Assembly (NCBI GenBank): GCA_024137785.1
Contig: JAHRHZ010000093.1
Span: 3,690,233-3,754,232, forward strand
Direction of reading: 5' to 3'
Source of the DNA: Ginglymostoma cirratum
Taxonomy: Eukaryota
DNA length: 64,000 bases
Positions 37,831 to 51,010 of this stretch are shown here, in pieces (position 1 is the stretch's first letter; each line of letters starts with the position of its first letter). The position numbers and the translations under genes were made by a program. The notes under the pieces are model-generated. The model had not been told where the DNA came from and did not search any database. It saw only the letters and a list, made by a program, of their open reading frames with translations.

Positions 37831-39619
37831 GTTGAATTCCCAATTGTACAAGACCTAAACCTTAGCCTGTGCCTAAACTCCTGAGCCTTGAAATGACTTG
37901 TCAGAACCACAAGTTGAAGTGTTTGAGTGGCATTCCTCTTTGTTTTTAATGCTGATACTATTGTTCACTTAATTGAATTAATGCAGATGCTGTGATATAG
38001 GACGGGAGAATATCACCAGGATTTCTTAGTGCATCCATTAATATTGCCATCACTCACTCCAATTCTCTCATCGGTCTCTCCGAATTTTTGGGAGAGTCCC
38101 CAACAATTATCCACATCTTTTTGTTGAACCCTTAAATCAAGGCCCTAATGCCCTCTTCAGTTACGAGTAAGATCCGAACAGTTCCACTTCAAACAAGGAT
38201 GGGTGCTCCCAATATTTTTCTTTATTCCTCCACGGGACATGGGCATCACTGGCAAGGCTGGCATTTATCACCCATCCATCATTGCTCTTGCACTCAGTAG
38301 CTTGCTGGGCCATTTCAGAGTCAACCACATTATTCTTAAGTCACATATATGCCAGGCCAGGTAAGGACAGCAGATTTTCCTTCCTTAAAGGACATTAGTG
38401 AACTAGACAGATTTTCACAAAAAACGATTACTGGGAGCTAGGACAGATTTCTTAATTAAGTTTTAATTTCACCAGACGCTGTGTTGGGATTTGAACCCAT
38501 CTTCCTGGAATGGTAGTCTGGAGCTCTGAATTAACAATCCATTGACATTACCACACCATATTTATCATTCCTCAACCAACAGATTATCTGATCTTTATCA
38601 AGTTGTTGTCATTGGGAGCTGGTTATAGGCTAATGAACTGCAGCATTTCCTAGATCACAGCAGTGACTAAATTTCCAAAGACAACATTGGCTGTAAAACA
38701 CAGTGCAATCTCCTGAGTTTACGAAAGGCAGTATATAAATGTTAGTTACATTAAAACTCAACATGTGCTTCCTTTCAACCTTTTCTATGACAAACATTTG
38801 TAACTAAAATTGCAACTGTAGATGTGTCATTACACCCTTCTACCCAATGAAGGCACTATACATCTCCAAGGGTGTAATTACAGCGTGACAGGTTTACATA
38901 GGTAATTCCCATTTAGAGAATTTTCTATGAAAACATTGACAGGTTGTGTACATACAGAATTTTTTATATATTTAAAATTAACAATAATAAATTAGTTCAG
39001 ACTGTAAGGTGACTTTGAAATGGATATTGTACATCCTGGTCCCATTATCCCCTCCCTCTAACTCTGCTTCACCTGAAGCTGTATTTGAGTTTTTGTTCCA
39101 TGTAAGTGATGAGTTGAAAGGTCGACTAACATCAAAACAGTCCTCTCAATAATTGAAACAACTTCAGTATCTCCAGTGCATGAAGGTGAATAGAGTCCAT
39201 GCTCTATCATTTGGCAAAGGATTCAAACGTCCAACTCGTGTGTTTTTCAGGAGGTCTGATTGCTTAGTCATTGCTAATGGAATCCTACCATGAACTTGAG
39301 AATTCTGTACTTCTGCACAGCTCTGATTCACATTGTCTGGGCAGTGACTGAGTGAGATTCACCCAGAGGTTCACAGCACAATCACACTTCTCCCTCAGTC
39401 AGTTTGACAATTTTACTCCTTGCTTTTCCCAAAGTTGCGACATCCCACACAGCTGCAGCAAACAGCTACCTGCTGCCATCTGGTATGAGTGACTGTTGCT
39501 GACAATGGGCAGTGGGTAAGGAATACCGGCAGGCTTTTTGGCTATAGAAGGCATCAACAATTAAGCCTCTTTGAAGCTTCACCTCCTTTAACCCACATGC
39601 ATATGTCAACAGAACTGTC

Positions 39620-40015
39620 AGGGGAAGAGATGATGAAGTGGTAACGTCACCGGACTGGTAATAAAGCCCAAAAGTCCTGGGGGCATCAGTTCAAATCCTA
39701 TTGCAGCAGATGGTGAAATTTGAGTTCATTAAAAACTGATACTAAAAACTCCTTTAATGGTGACTATGTAAGCATTGTTATTTTAAAACAAAATCCATCT
39801 GGTTCACTAATGCCTTTCAGGGAAGGAAATCTGCCATCCTTACCTGGTCTGGCCTATATGTACCTCCAGAACCACAGCATTGGCTGACTCTTAACCGTCC
39901 TCTAAAATGTCTATGTTGCCCTAATTACACAGACAGCCAATCCCAGCAAGTGCAACTAGGGATGGGCAACAAATGCTGGTCTTGCCAGTGACCCCCACAT
40001 CCTATACAAGAAAAA
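39620..40015 (+). mobile_element. tRNA-derived SINE, same family as 30085-30397
   Basis: cagttcaaatcc..ggttcactaatgcctttcagggaaggaaatctgccatccttacctggtctggcc..gatgggcaacaaatgctggtcttgccagtgacccccacatcc, followed by an A-rich end. Confidence 0.8.
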
Positions 40016-40944
40016 ATACGTGGCTAATTGTATCCCTCCCTGGGTCCAAAGCATAGCCTTAACAGAAATCCAGAAATAAACCCAACTACAAGTTCAAGAG
40101 GAGGCTCACTAGCCCCTTTCTCATGCTGAATAGTGAGCTTTCTGTTATCTTGGAGCTGCAAATCTTTGTAAGTTATATTCTCACATCATCTCTGGTTCGT
40201 GCTTGTGGGTTCAAGCCCCATTCCAAACACACGGGCATAGAATGTCAGATGACTTTCCAGCACTGCCAACCTTCAGGAGAAACACATTCAAGTGATCGTA
40301 AGAGACCCCATGAATCTATTCAAAAAGGCATTTTCCTGCATCACGTGCAGCAATTCTCCAACGTAGAACCAACACTATTAAAGAGAGATTATCTCATTGT
40401 TTACTGAACCATGCTGTGACCAATTTGATTGCTGTATCTGCCACTGTATTAGTTTAACTCCACTTCAACCTTCATTGCTTTTAGGTGCTTGGGAATGTCA
40501 TAAGACATAAAAGGTGCTTTATAAATGCAAGTTCTTTATTTTTTTTTAAATCTGCATTTCCACAGTAAAATGTCCTGTGATATTGTGTGCATTGTCTTCA
40601 CCACATCTTGTTACACTCAAGTGTCACAGTCTGAAAATATATAAATCATTTTAAGAAATATACTGAGAAAAAAATATTTCCGTCTCAAATACAGGTAAGG
40701 TCATCCAGTCCTCACAAGGTCAATTATTCCTGACATTGTATTGATTCTGTCACGATTTTTTTTTACCCCCTTGCCATTTTTTGACAGCCACAATCATATG
40801 AGATTCTGTCAGATGCACAGCTGAGAGGTGTCAGGATGCATCTCAGAGCACTCTGTTCTCTGGAAGCAAGTTGTCTACAGAGCATGACAGGGAACTCAAA
40901 TTCCAGCTATCTTTTCTCATAAAAATCACTGCATTACAACCAAC

Positions 40945-41215
40945 CATCGCACGTCTGACACCCAACCCCACTGTCACTCCAGGTTCTCTAACAGCTCTCC
41001 AGGACCTCCACTCCAGTGAGATTCAAGTGCGAGCCAAGGGCAGTGAGTGTTGGCAGACACGAAAGTGAGCATATTTACCAAGCCCAGTTCTCTCCTAACT
41101 CCACAGTAGCCTCTGCAGCCACTGAACAGCAAAATGCATTGTGACCCCAGTGGCACTGAGGCCAAAAGTAGGCTCTTTATCACTGACCTGTCTTAGATCA
41201 ATTTACGCCCTTCAT
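40945..41215 (-). mobile_element. LF-SINE-like element (degraded)
   Basis: The reverse complement contains ttggcctcagtgcc and tctgccaacactcactgcccttggctcgcac. A plus-strand copy at ~43180-43340 has gtcgaatagtctgctgacactctgtcttggcttacacatg. The assignment is from memory of the LF-SINE consensus. Confidence 0.45.
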
Positions 41216-42399
41216 AAGCTAGATAGCTTAGCATCAACACACTTCATGTTGAATTTACCCTCACTCTCTTTATATGAAACAAAAATTGTTCATTGTTTCT
41301 GATGCCACTGATGAACTTTGCAGACTTCCTACATGATTTCTCGAGCTGAGATTTGAGCTTTTAAACTATGTGAACTTCTAGCTATCAGACAAAACACAGT
41401 ACAAATTCTTTTCAACTCCCAAACAGGTCCTGAAAACCAAGGATGACAGAAACATTTAAGAGAATTTAGGGATTATCTGCTCTCTGACTTTCGCAAATGG
41501 AGAACACCTTTGTGCCCTCAAGCTACCTTCAATTAGCTCAAAACTTTAATCTAATTTGCTGCCTTGGAATTTTTTCAACATTAAGGTGCTAGATAAATAC
41601 ACATTATTTTAGTTAGCTGCCATCTGCTCTCATTATCGATTCCTCTAACTCTCCATCATTCTATCATTCTTCTTGCTCAACTCTGAAATGTCAGTGTCAC
41701 ACTACAGAAAATCAACATCAAAATTTTAAAAGAACCGAGAAAAACATGAAATTCTCCCCTATTTCTCCCACCCCAGAACTAGAAATTTTCCAAATGCTGC
41801 CAATTAATCTTAAGATTTATCTGCATTTAGACATTGTGTTCTTAAACAGACAACAGGACTTTGTTGGGAGGCACAAGTGGCAATTGGAAAAGTGATCTGT
41901 GGTTCCACATATGAAGCTGTGAGGAATCACAGGAAGTTCTCCCCAAAACATCAGTAATATCCCAAAACCTGCATGTTATATATAACAAAACTTATAGTTT
42001 AAATTACTGGCCCTTCTACAAAAGCTGAAATTCTCAGGTCACCATGTTTTTTTTAAACATGGGCAGAGGCAGAATTTAATAAAAAAGCGATGTCAGAAAA
42101 TGTGCACATTCAGGATACTCCCATAACAACACAGTTTTGTATTAAGTCTAAACCAAAACCAACTGAACAGCTCCTCGTGTATTAAAATTTCGACAATAAA
42201 TAACCATTTCTTGAAATCATGCGCACAAATGACAGAATTAACTTTTTAAGCCATCAGTCCCTGAGGAGGTAGATACTGTCGAATAGGGTGGGGGGTCGGG
42301 TTCCAATCACTGGGATGGTTCAGATCCCAGTACATTGAGATTAAAGTCCCCATTGACTGCAACTTGCACACACTGGAGACGTTTGGCAGCATAGATCAG

Positions 42400-42737
42400 G
42401 TGCTGACCGAACATTTATTAAAACATTATGAATGATTAATACAGGCAATTATTACTATTAATGCATCTAATACTGAGTAATGAGAGATTGAGACACGTGC
42501 TCAGATCCCACAATCCTGACCTGTCAACAAATCACACTCAACAGCAAGAAGAAAGGAGCGAATCATCCCTCAGTGCAGCCAGCACTCCGTGTTAGATTTT
42601 ACTTGTCGCTTTTAATAAGTCACTCAGCGGCTATAAATTAATGCAACATGTCACAGTTTATGATTGTGGCTTTGTCACTGTTAACAAATAAACTGACCTC
42701 CTCCCTCCAGGCTGTCATGGTCTCTCTCTCTCTCTCA

Positions 42738-42783
<46 letters not shown>

Positions 42784-43130
42784 CACGCACACACAATCAA
42801 TGGATGTCAATTGAAGCAGCGCCAACAGAAAATATAGATTTTTCTCAAAAATCATGCTCTTGTTTTTTTTGGTCAATGGCCAATGACTTCAGTTGGTACT
42901 TTGATCGCTCTTAAATGCTTCTCTATCTTTGGCGCATGTGTCATATTCCCTTGAAGACAATGGAGATTTGCAACTTTGATGTAGTGTTTTTGTACTCCAT
43001 TTCAGCTAATCTGCCTCATGTGGCAATTTAATAGGGCATTATCAACTTGTTCAAACCACCAGACAACAATTTGGAGTTCAGATTTCCTCGGGTCTGATTG
43101 ATATTAATTGTTGGCCTGTGGAGATACTGC
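42400..43130. promoter_or_regulatory. Candidate conserved non-coding element split by a (TC)n(CA)n microsatellite
   Basis: AT-rich, repeat-free flanks with TGATTAAT (~42433), CTGTCA (~42521) and many TAAT/ATTA cores. Confidence 0.4.
42720..42795. repeat. Compound microsatellite (TC)n-(CA)n
   Basis: Seen directly. Confidence 0.98.
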
Positions 43131-45553
43131 AGGCTGCCCGGCACAGTTCTGAAAAGGTCAGCATCAAGCTGCTTGCCTAAAGGTGTATGGGGTCATCAGG
43201 CAGTGACGACACAGTCAGGCTGAGCCGTGCTACCCTTAATGGTCGAATAGTCTGCTGACACTCTGTCTTGGCTTACACATGGGGCAATCTGATGGAAGCA
43301 GGGGCCTGTCAGTACCCATCCCATTGCACAGCAGTAAAGGTCACCTCCATCAAGAGAGACCCGAAATACTGGCAGGGGAACAAATAAGCAAGACACACTG
43401 CAAATCCCATTTGACCTATCGGAATTAGTTGGGTTATTTTTGGCACAGTTTTAGTCCACTAAACTGTTTCTTCTCCCATTACTGGATGCTTGTCATCACA
43501 TTTCTCAGTGGACAGGATGGCCTTGGCTAAGAATCTTTCCAAACGTTTATTCCAAACAAAAGTGTCAGGGAGATCAATTGGCACAAACAAAACTTGACCA
43601 TTTCCTCCCCATGCCTCATCTCTCTCCACCCCACATGCTGAGCTAAGGGGTTACAGAACTCACTCAAAGTAAACAAAGGACATGGGTTGATAGTGATTTT
43701 ACAATGGGGTACAGTAGTCACTGGCAATCGGTGTTGTACCTACCTTCAACACCACAATGAGATTGGATGAGGCAGTGATTGTTCTCTGGGCTTAGTCTGT
43801 AGAAACTCACTGAGGCAACTTGAAACAGTCAACACTCACACTAGCAACTTGAAATACTCAACATTCACTGAGACAACGTGAAACACTGCCCTCAATTCCT
43901 GCATGGATTGCATTTGTCTTCGATCAGGACATGTGACTCAAATGGGAATACGGCAATTCACAGGTCACAGTGGCTGCTCCATCAACCATTGCTCTCAATA
44001 ACAGAATAGTACACTAAGTTGTTCACCCTACTGCTGCTCTTGCACAAAATTGCTACCAGGTCCAGTCTACACATTACCAAATAAAAACGTACTGACTAAC
44101 AGACAGTCCTGAACTTATGAACTCATGGTGAAATGTTTTCACTTAACTGGAGTTCACATTTTTTCCTCTCAAAACTGCTGCCAATGACTTTTTCTTGATT
44201 TAATCATGGGATGTGGGCGTCACTGGCGGGGCCAGCATTTATCACCCATCCCTAACTGAAGGTGGTGATGAGCTGCTTTCTTGAACCGCAACAATCTGAA
44301 TGGGGTGGGTCCACCCACCATGCTCTTAGGGAGGGAAAAGCTTATAAATGCTCGGTAATGGAAATAACGGGAATACTTTGATCCATTAATTCCGGCATCA
44401 GTGCTCCGGATGAATCATTTCCGTGGGAACCCTGGCCAATTTCTTTCCACAAAAGATGCAACATCAATACAGGTACAGATCAAGAATGTAACCAGCTTCT
44501 CTCTGTAGTCATTCCTACCTTGGGGAATGCAAGCCAAGCCTTTCTGCTTTAGCAGCTGGGTTGTGAGTTCATATCCCTTCACAGCAGCTGCTGGAATTTG
44601 AATTCAATTATTAAAAAAGGGAATATAAAGCTACTCTCAGTAATGATGACCATTGAACCATTATTGATAGTGCTTTTTTAGAATAATCTGGTTAGCTGAT
44701 GCCCTTTAGGGAAGGAAATCGGCTGTCCTTACATAGTCTGGCCTATGTATGACTCCAGAACTACAGCGCTGCGGTCGATCCTTAAATGGCCTCGGAAATG
44801 CCAGCGGTGATCAAGGATAGTCAGCAAAGCCCACATCCCATGAAAAAAGTAAAGAAAGGCTAAACAAATCCTGCACTCTATTTCCAAAGCTGGATTCACT
44901 TTTCCAAAATATCAACTCTTTTCATACAGATCTAAACTACTGACGTGGGGCTGACTGTATTTATTCTGTGGATGAGGGATTAAACAAAAGCTTGTTCGCC
45001 TGGCCTGGTACTGCAGACATAACTTCAAATGCACTTCTAAGTTGTCACAGTGTCATAGCCAACTTGATTCCCCCCATCATCAATAAACAGATTAACTAGA
45101 TGTTCTCTTGTTAAGTGCCTGCAAAATTCATAGGAAGGGTGGCTGCACTTCAGCACATTTCATGGACATTTCTGAGAAAAAGGGGCAATTAAATCCATCT
45201 CTCTTTATAAAAGACTAATGCCAAGGACTCTCATCTGTCTTTAGGTTGAAATCAAGACAGAAACCTCTGCCCACTCATCTTTTACAGATTATTCTGTTCT
45301 AGGAAAATTGCAAGTGAAATTAGACTCAAAGAAAGGCAGCTCCGATAATAATGAGTCAATCCTTCTGTCAAATTCCAGCTAGTTTGCGGTCATGGGATTT
45401 TTTTTAACCATTCCACGACCCCTGAATAATTACTTGTAACTTGTCCAGTGATTAGGTAATCGGATTCTCTAGAAAGGATGAAGTAAAGCTTTATGAGAGC
45501 CTGCAAGAATCCAGAAAGGCCCCTTCTCCAAACACGTGCATACCTTTCTTTGT

Positions 45554-45697
45554 NNNNNNNNNNNNNNNNNNNNNNNNNNNNNNNNNNNNNNNNNNNNNNN
45601 NNNNNNNNNNNNNNNNNNNNNNNNNNNNNNNNNNNNNNNNNNNNNNNNNNNNNNNNNNNNNNNNNNNNNNNNNNNNNNNNNNNNNNNNNNNNNNNNN
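45554..45697. other. Assembly gap (144 N)
   Basis: Run of N. Confidence 1.
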
Positions 45698-47260
45698 CCA
45701 CAGTGTGGCATCTCCTGTCAGTGAGGCCAGAGACCATATTGCACCCAGCTCACACATTGACACTATCACCAAATGGAGGCAATGTCACCTGGCAACTGGT
45801 TGGTGTGCGGAGAAGTGGGGTAGGGAGGTGTACACCAGAGATATCACGTTACTGGTAGAGTTGCCATGGGGTGACATCCTGTTAATGTTTCAACTGATGC
45901 ACTCACTCATCATGGGCCAGCCACCTTCAGAAGTTGGAGGTGGTGGAATTTGGAAGGGGGCAGGAGACAGGGGGAGGTTGCAAAATCTGGCCATGCACCA
46001 AGTTCACTCTGAACCTCATATCCGCTCCTGTGTGCTTACTGACAATATCTCCTGTGGCGGATGACCGCTGTTTGGAGATCGCACTCCTGCAGAATATCAA
46101 GTATGCCCAACAGCAAGCAGACTAGCAAGCAACTAGGAGCCAGCAGAATGGCTGGTATTGTCTGGCCTCCAGCACGACGCATCCAACAATGACAGTTCAA
46201 TAGAAATTCCCTATCTCCTCCCTGCCATCCCATGCACTCACCACTATAAGTTAACAAATGTACCAGGAACTGGAAGGAAGCTAATTGTACCCCAAATTTC
46301 TCTGCTTCCCAGCCTTCCTGTAGCCCAGCTCACTCATGCTGCACTGAGACTAACCAAAACCAGTGATACTGATAATGGGGGAAAGCACAGCAAATCAAGC
46401 TGCCTCGATGCTCTAAGTAATGTAGGTGCAACCTTCCTTCCCAACAGGCCTCTGGTTTGTATATTCAAATGTATGGCCACTTGCATTAGAAAGATGTCCC
46501 GCTGACATGGCTCTTAAAGTAGAACAGCACAACACTATGGCCAATGTAAAACAGGGGTAAAGAGGTAGACACCAACATTGTGCACTGTTGCAATAGATAT
46601 CCGAGCATCTCAATCAAACCTGGTTTAGTTACTGGAGCATTTACAGACAATGGATATTTGTACTTCCAACACAAGCGTGGCTCAAAGAGGCATTTCCTGT
46701 CACAACAGTTTACTTCCAGGCAACATTTAAAAAAGCTTATAACACTGCGGTCAGCACTCAGCAATGCACCACGGAGACACTGTGTCTGGTGAAAGGAACA
46801 CTAACTGCAAACCCCCAACAAACCTGGCCATACAAAGCAGGAGTCACCCATACAATCCCCAGTCTTGGACTGTGTTATACAGTACAGTGAGGCACTTGAC
46901 CAGATATCAGGTCATTCCTCACTCTGCTAGTGAGTGAGGTCGGGCAGGGGGAGGGGGTGGTGGCAGGTGGGGAGAGGGTGAAGCAAATTGAATGAAACGC
47001 CATCCACATTTCTGACCATGTACCCTCCTGTAATGATCAAGAGAAAGAAACTGGATGTAACTAGCCTGGCTGACATTGAAGCCAATTTCTACACCACTGC
47101 TACCCTCCAAAACTGCGCTCTGACAATAATTCACTGCACTGAGAGCTATTTCCACAGTGTGATAACAATGTATTTCTCTTCTTTCTTTTACTGTCAGCTC
47201 TGAGGTCAATGGACTGATAGTAGGGAGCAACCTAGATACCTAGCATCCTAGCAACTTAGA

Positions 47261-47358
47261 TTTTCTGAAGAAGGGTCTAGGCCCGAAACTTCAGCTTTCC
47301 TGCTCCTCTGATGCTGCTTGGCCTGCTGTGTTCATCCAGCTCTACACCTTGTTATCTC
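47261..47358 (+). mobile_element. Short Penelope-type repeat with near-intact minimal hammerhead core
   Basis: ttCTGAAGAaGGGTCtaGGCCCGAAACttcagctttcctgctcctctgatgctgcttggcctgctgtgttcatccagctc; same family as 15365 and 60334. Confidence 0.7.
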
Positions 47359-49351
47359 TACCTTCCTGCATTCTCTGTTTCATTAGGCCACACAGTGGCC
47401 TGTGGAACCACCAGGGTCCCACACCATAATCCTGTGATCCCTACACTCCATATTATTGCCTGTCTCCTGCTCCATCTGTCTCACTCCTGAGGGCCACACC
47501 CAACAGACTATATCCTTCCATGGCCTTCTCCCAACCTGCGAAGATCCCTTAAAACCTGATCTCCCCTAAACATCATCCAAAGCCTCCCTCCACCCACTAA
47601 CCTTCAAACTCCCCACGACCAATCTTCGCTATCCTTTAGTCGCTGGTATCTTCCTCACTGCCAACCAATTTTGTGGCTCAGCAGGGTATAGTAGCACATT
47701 GTGACAAAATTCCCAGCTGTTTGAAGAAACGGCTTCTAAATATCATAAAGATATTTGGTCAGAAAATCTGTCATTTCACCAAGATGACATTCAGTTTCCA
47801 GAAATATAAAGAAACGACAAATATTCTGTCTACTTTCTCCAGCTAGATCAACATCTCTGCCCAGGCTTCCCAAAGCTGACAGTTAGGCAGGAAAGACAAG
47901 AGGAATGAGTCATATGCATATCATAAATACCGAAATTATATCAGTTTCAGGGTGCACAAAATGCTCAGAGACCAAAGCCTCAAACCTTGGGTAATAGAAT
48001 CCTGCTATTTAATGCAAAGTAGCAGCATTACACTGTTAGGGATCCACTTGTTCGGTGTTATCCTAGGTATCAGCAAATGAGCCTATCTGAGTGGCTCACC
48101 CTATAAATAATTCAAGGCTGAAGATGGCAATTATGGAGCCCGTCCACAACCAGAATGAATATTTTATGAGGGCTAAAGCAGCCCTCAGAATGAATCACCA
48201 ATATCTGAGCACATACAGGCCTCAGCTGCTACTCACTGTCTCTTTACCAGATCCCTTCTTTTCTCTCTCTCTATCCCTCAATATCTCAAATTCCCTTCCC
48301 TTTCTGCTGAAGTTAACTTGGAATTCATGTTGTTAACATCTGTCAGGATTATGTTCTCTCAGTTCGGGAGTTTACAAAGACTTTTATCCTGTGTTTGCAT
48401 TGCACCTTCCTCTCCTGTTTGGTTACAGGATCCCATAGGGAGCAGTGACCTGTCTCTCTGCTGTTCTGCCAAATGGTCATTTTGCTTACAGAAGGGTGTG
48501 GTGAGGCTGAAGGCAAGTTGAGTCAGTGAATGCAATCTAGCTGATTGCCCATGGGTGGCATTGCTACCAACCCTGATCTTGCTCTTAACTGATATGCCCC
48601 CATAAACTACAGAGGCGTAACCTGGAGCAGGATCCACATTGTCATTCTGGCTTTCCGTTCTTTCCTGAGCAAGAGTCGTCTGTAAGAATTCCACAGAAGA
48701 GCTGAAGTACACCATACAGCCCATTGAGTCTGTTCTGTCATTCAATGAGATTATAGCTGGCCTGTATCTTTCTCACCTGCAGCCTTGCAAACGGACTCTC
48801 CCTTTAACTTGCAATCTTCGCAAACTTGGCCAATATTCAGCGAATCACATTGATCCCGATACACATCGGTGCTACAATGTAGTTAATGCTACCTTGCCAG
48901 GATGCATTGTTTGCACAATGTCTTCCTAAAAGAGGAAAATTGGAGCTCTTCCTGCCTCACTCTCCACTTGAGATTGGGAGTTCACCAGTTTGGAAAGCAC
49001 TCTCCTGTATCTGTACTTCATTAAAGATTAATTTAAAAAAACAGTACAAGAGATTACCCACCCTGCGCTAAACACATCATTGTCCAGAGGAGAAGACCAT
49101 TTTACTTTCATAGATCTGGGGAGCTACACACAGCAGGCAATGTTATATAGATTTTTCCAATTGATAACTCACAACCACATCTGCTGCCTCACTGTACTGG
49201 CACTGAGCAAAAGGTCGGAAGAAAGAAATGGTTGGAGAGATGTACACATCAGGCTGAGCAAAGGCTCCTTGACATTTTTAAGGCAAGGTCCACAGCTCCC
49301 AACCATTGTGCAAAGCACTGCAATGCCTCTGCTCTGTGGTTGGGTCTCCAT

Positions 49352-49698
49352 TGGTAGAGGTGACGGCTGAGTGGTATTTTTGCTGAACTAATCTAGAGAC
49401 CCGAGCAATATTCTGGGGACCCAGTTCCATTCCTGCCACAGCAGATGGCGGAATTTGAATTCAATAAAAATCTCGAGTTAAGAGTCTACTGATGACCATA
49501 AAACTATTGTCGATTGTCAGAAAAACCCATCTGACTCAGTCATGCCCTTTAGGGAAGGAAATTTACCTCCCCTACTTGGCCTAGCCTACAGACCCACAGC
49601 AATGTGCTTGACTCAACTGCCCTCTGGGCAATTGGGGATGGGAAACAAATGCTGGTCTACCCAGTGACCCCCTCATCCCATGAAGGAAGTAAAAGAAA
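49352..49698 (+). mobile_element. tRNA-derived SINE, same family as 30085-30397
   Basis: It shares the core catgcccttt agggaaggaaatt and the tail gggcaattggggatgggaaacaaatgctgg..catcccatgaa. Confidence 0.8.
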
Positions 49699-50664
49699 TT
49701 GACCCATAGTCTTAAAGTGATATCACTCCATGGACCTGCACTGGAGTTGCTGAGGGTGCCACAGGGAGTGCCCAGCCAACCCTGATCGGAAATATACAGT
49801 CACACTATCCCCTGCCATCGCCATTCTTCACCCACCGGCCAATCCTCGTGGGTCATAACAGAAACAGAACAGACCCTTTGTTATCCAACTGGATTCATCT
49901 TGGTCATTTGTGAAGCTTCATAATCTTCATAACAAATGAGTAAAAGGTGATAGAATAAATGAAAATGAAGAAAAAATGTAATTTTGGTTTTTATTTTCCC
50001 TATGGTTTGCCTGGTTACTCCCAACAGTGTCTCTTTCATTCCCAGAAACTCCAGGGCTGTCCGGGAAGCTTGGTAACCTCCCTCGCTACTGACAGTCCGA
50101 AGTTGAGGGCCTCTGCACACACAACAAAGACCATTTCACAAAAACTGTCAAAGGAAACAGTAGAGCCAGGAATAAGTTATCTTTCGACAATGAGAAGAGA
50201 GGCTAGGGAGGAGTTTGTTTACACAGATGGTTGGTGGAGCATGGAACACAGGGAATGGTCAACAATCAGCTCTGTCTGAGGTCAATCAGATAAAGATGTG
50301 AAGCAAAGAAAGGACACTGGTGCAGGGGACTGAGTATTAGATTGCTCTGCCAAAGGGGTAGTACAGGCATGACGAGCCAAATGGCCACCTTTCTTGCTCA
50401 ATGGTTTAGTACAGAGTAACACTACCCTTCTCTACCCTTACAACTTGTCTCAGCCCTGCCCTCAGAGGAGCCATGCTGTCCCAACCAGGCCACTCATTCA
50501 CTCCCCAGGGTTGAGATGTCATTAAACACTGTTTGCCATGGTGGCTTTCGAAAGGCCGGCAATGGACCAACAAGTGAACACACTTCAGATCTGTACTCCA
50601 AGCTGGGTCCTTTCTTTTGATTAAATTCTGTTTCAAGTATATGACATCGTCTGATTTTGTAACA

Positions 50665-51010
50665 TCATAGAATCCTTACAGTGTGGATGCAGGCTATTCG
50701 GCCCATCAAGTCCACACCACATCACCAAAGAACATCCCATCCAGACCCAATCACTATTCCATAATCCTGCATTCCTCATGGCCAATCCACCTAACCTAAC
50801 ATCCCTGGATACTTTGGGAAATTTAGCACAGCCAATCCACCTAGCTTGCACATTTTTGGACTGTGGGAGGAAACCGGAGCAGCCTGAGGAAACCCACACA
50901 GACACAGGGAGAATGTGCAAACTCTGCAAAGACAGTCACCCGAGGATGGAATCCAACGCGGGTCCCTGGCGCTGTGAGGCATCAGTGCTAACCACTGCAC
51001 CACCGTGCCA
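50665..51010 (-). mobile_element. HE1-like shark SINE
   Basis: The reverse complement reads ggcacggtggtgcagtggttagcactgatgcctcacagcgccagggacccgcgttggattccatcctcgggtgactgtc..tttgcacattctccctgtgtctgtgtgggtttcc; homologous to 23510-23857. Confidence 0.92.

Noticed and set aside
43803-43888. Three ~29-bp tandem units (also ~23-bp units at 4990-5090)
   Set aside because: Ordinary short local tandem duplications with no further structure.
45390-45858. ORFs spanning 45554-45697
   Set aside because: Artefacts of translating through the N gap.
50930-51010. tRNA-like sequence on the minus strand (also 23780-23857 and 18072-18145)
   Set aside because: These are the tRNA-derived heads of SINEs, continuous with SINE bodies, and show no complete cloverleaf.
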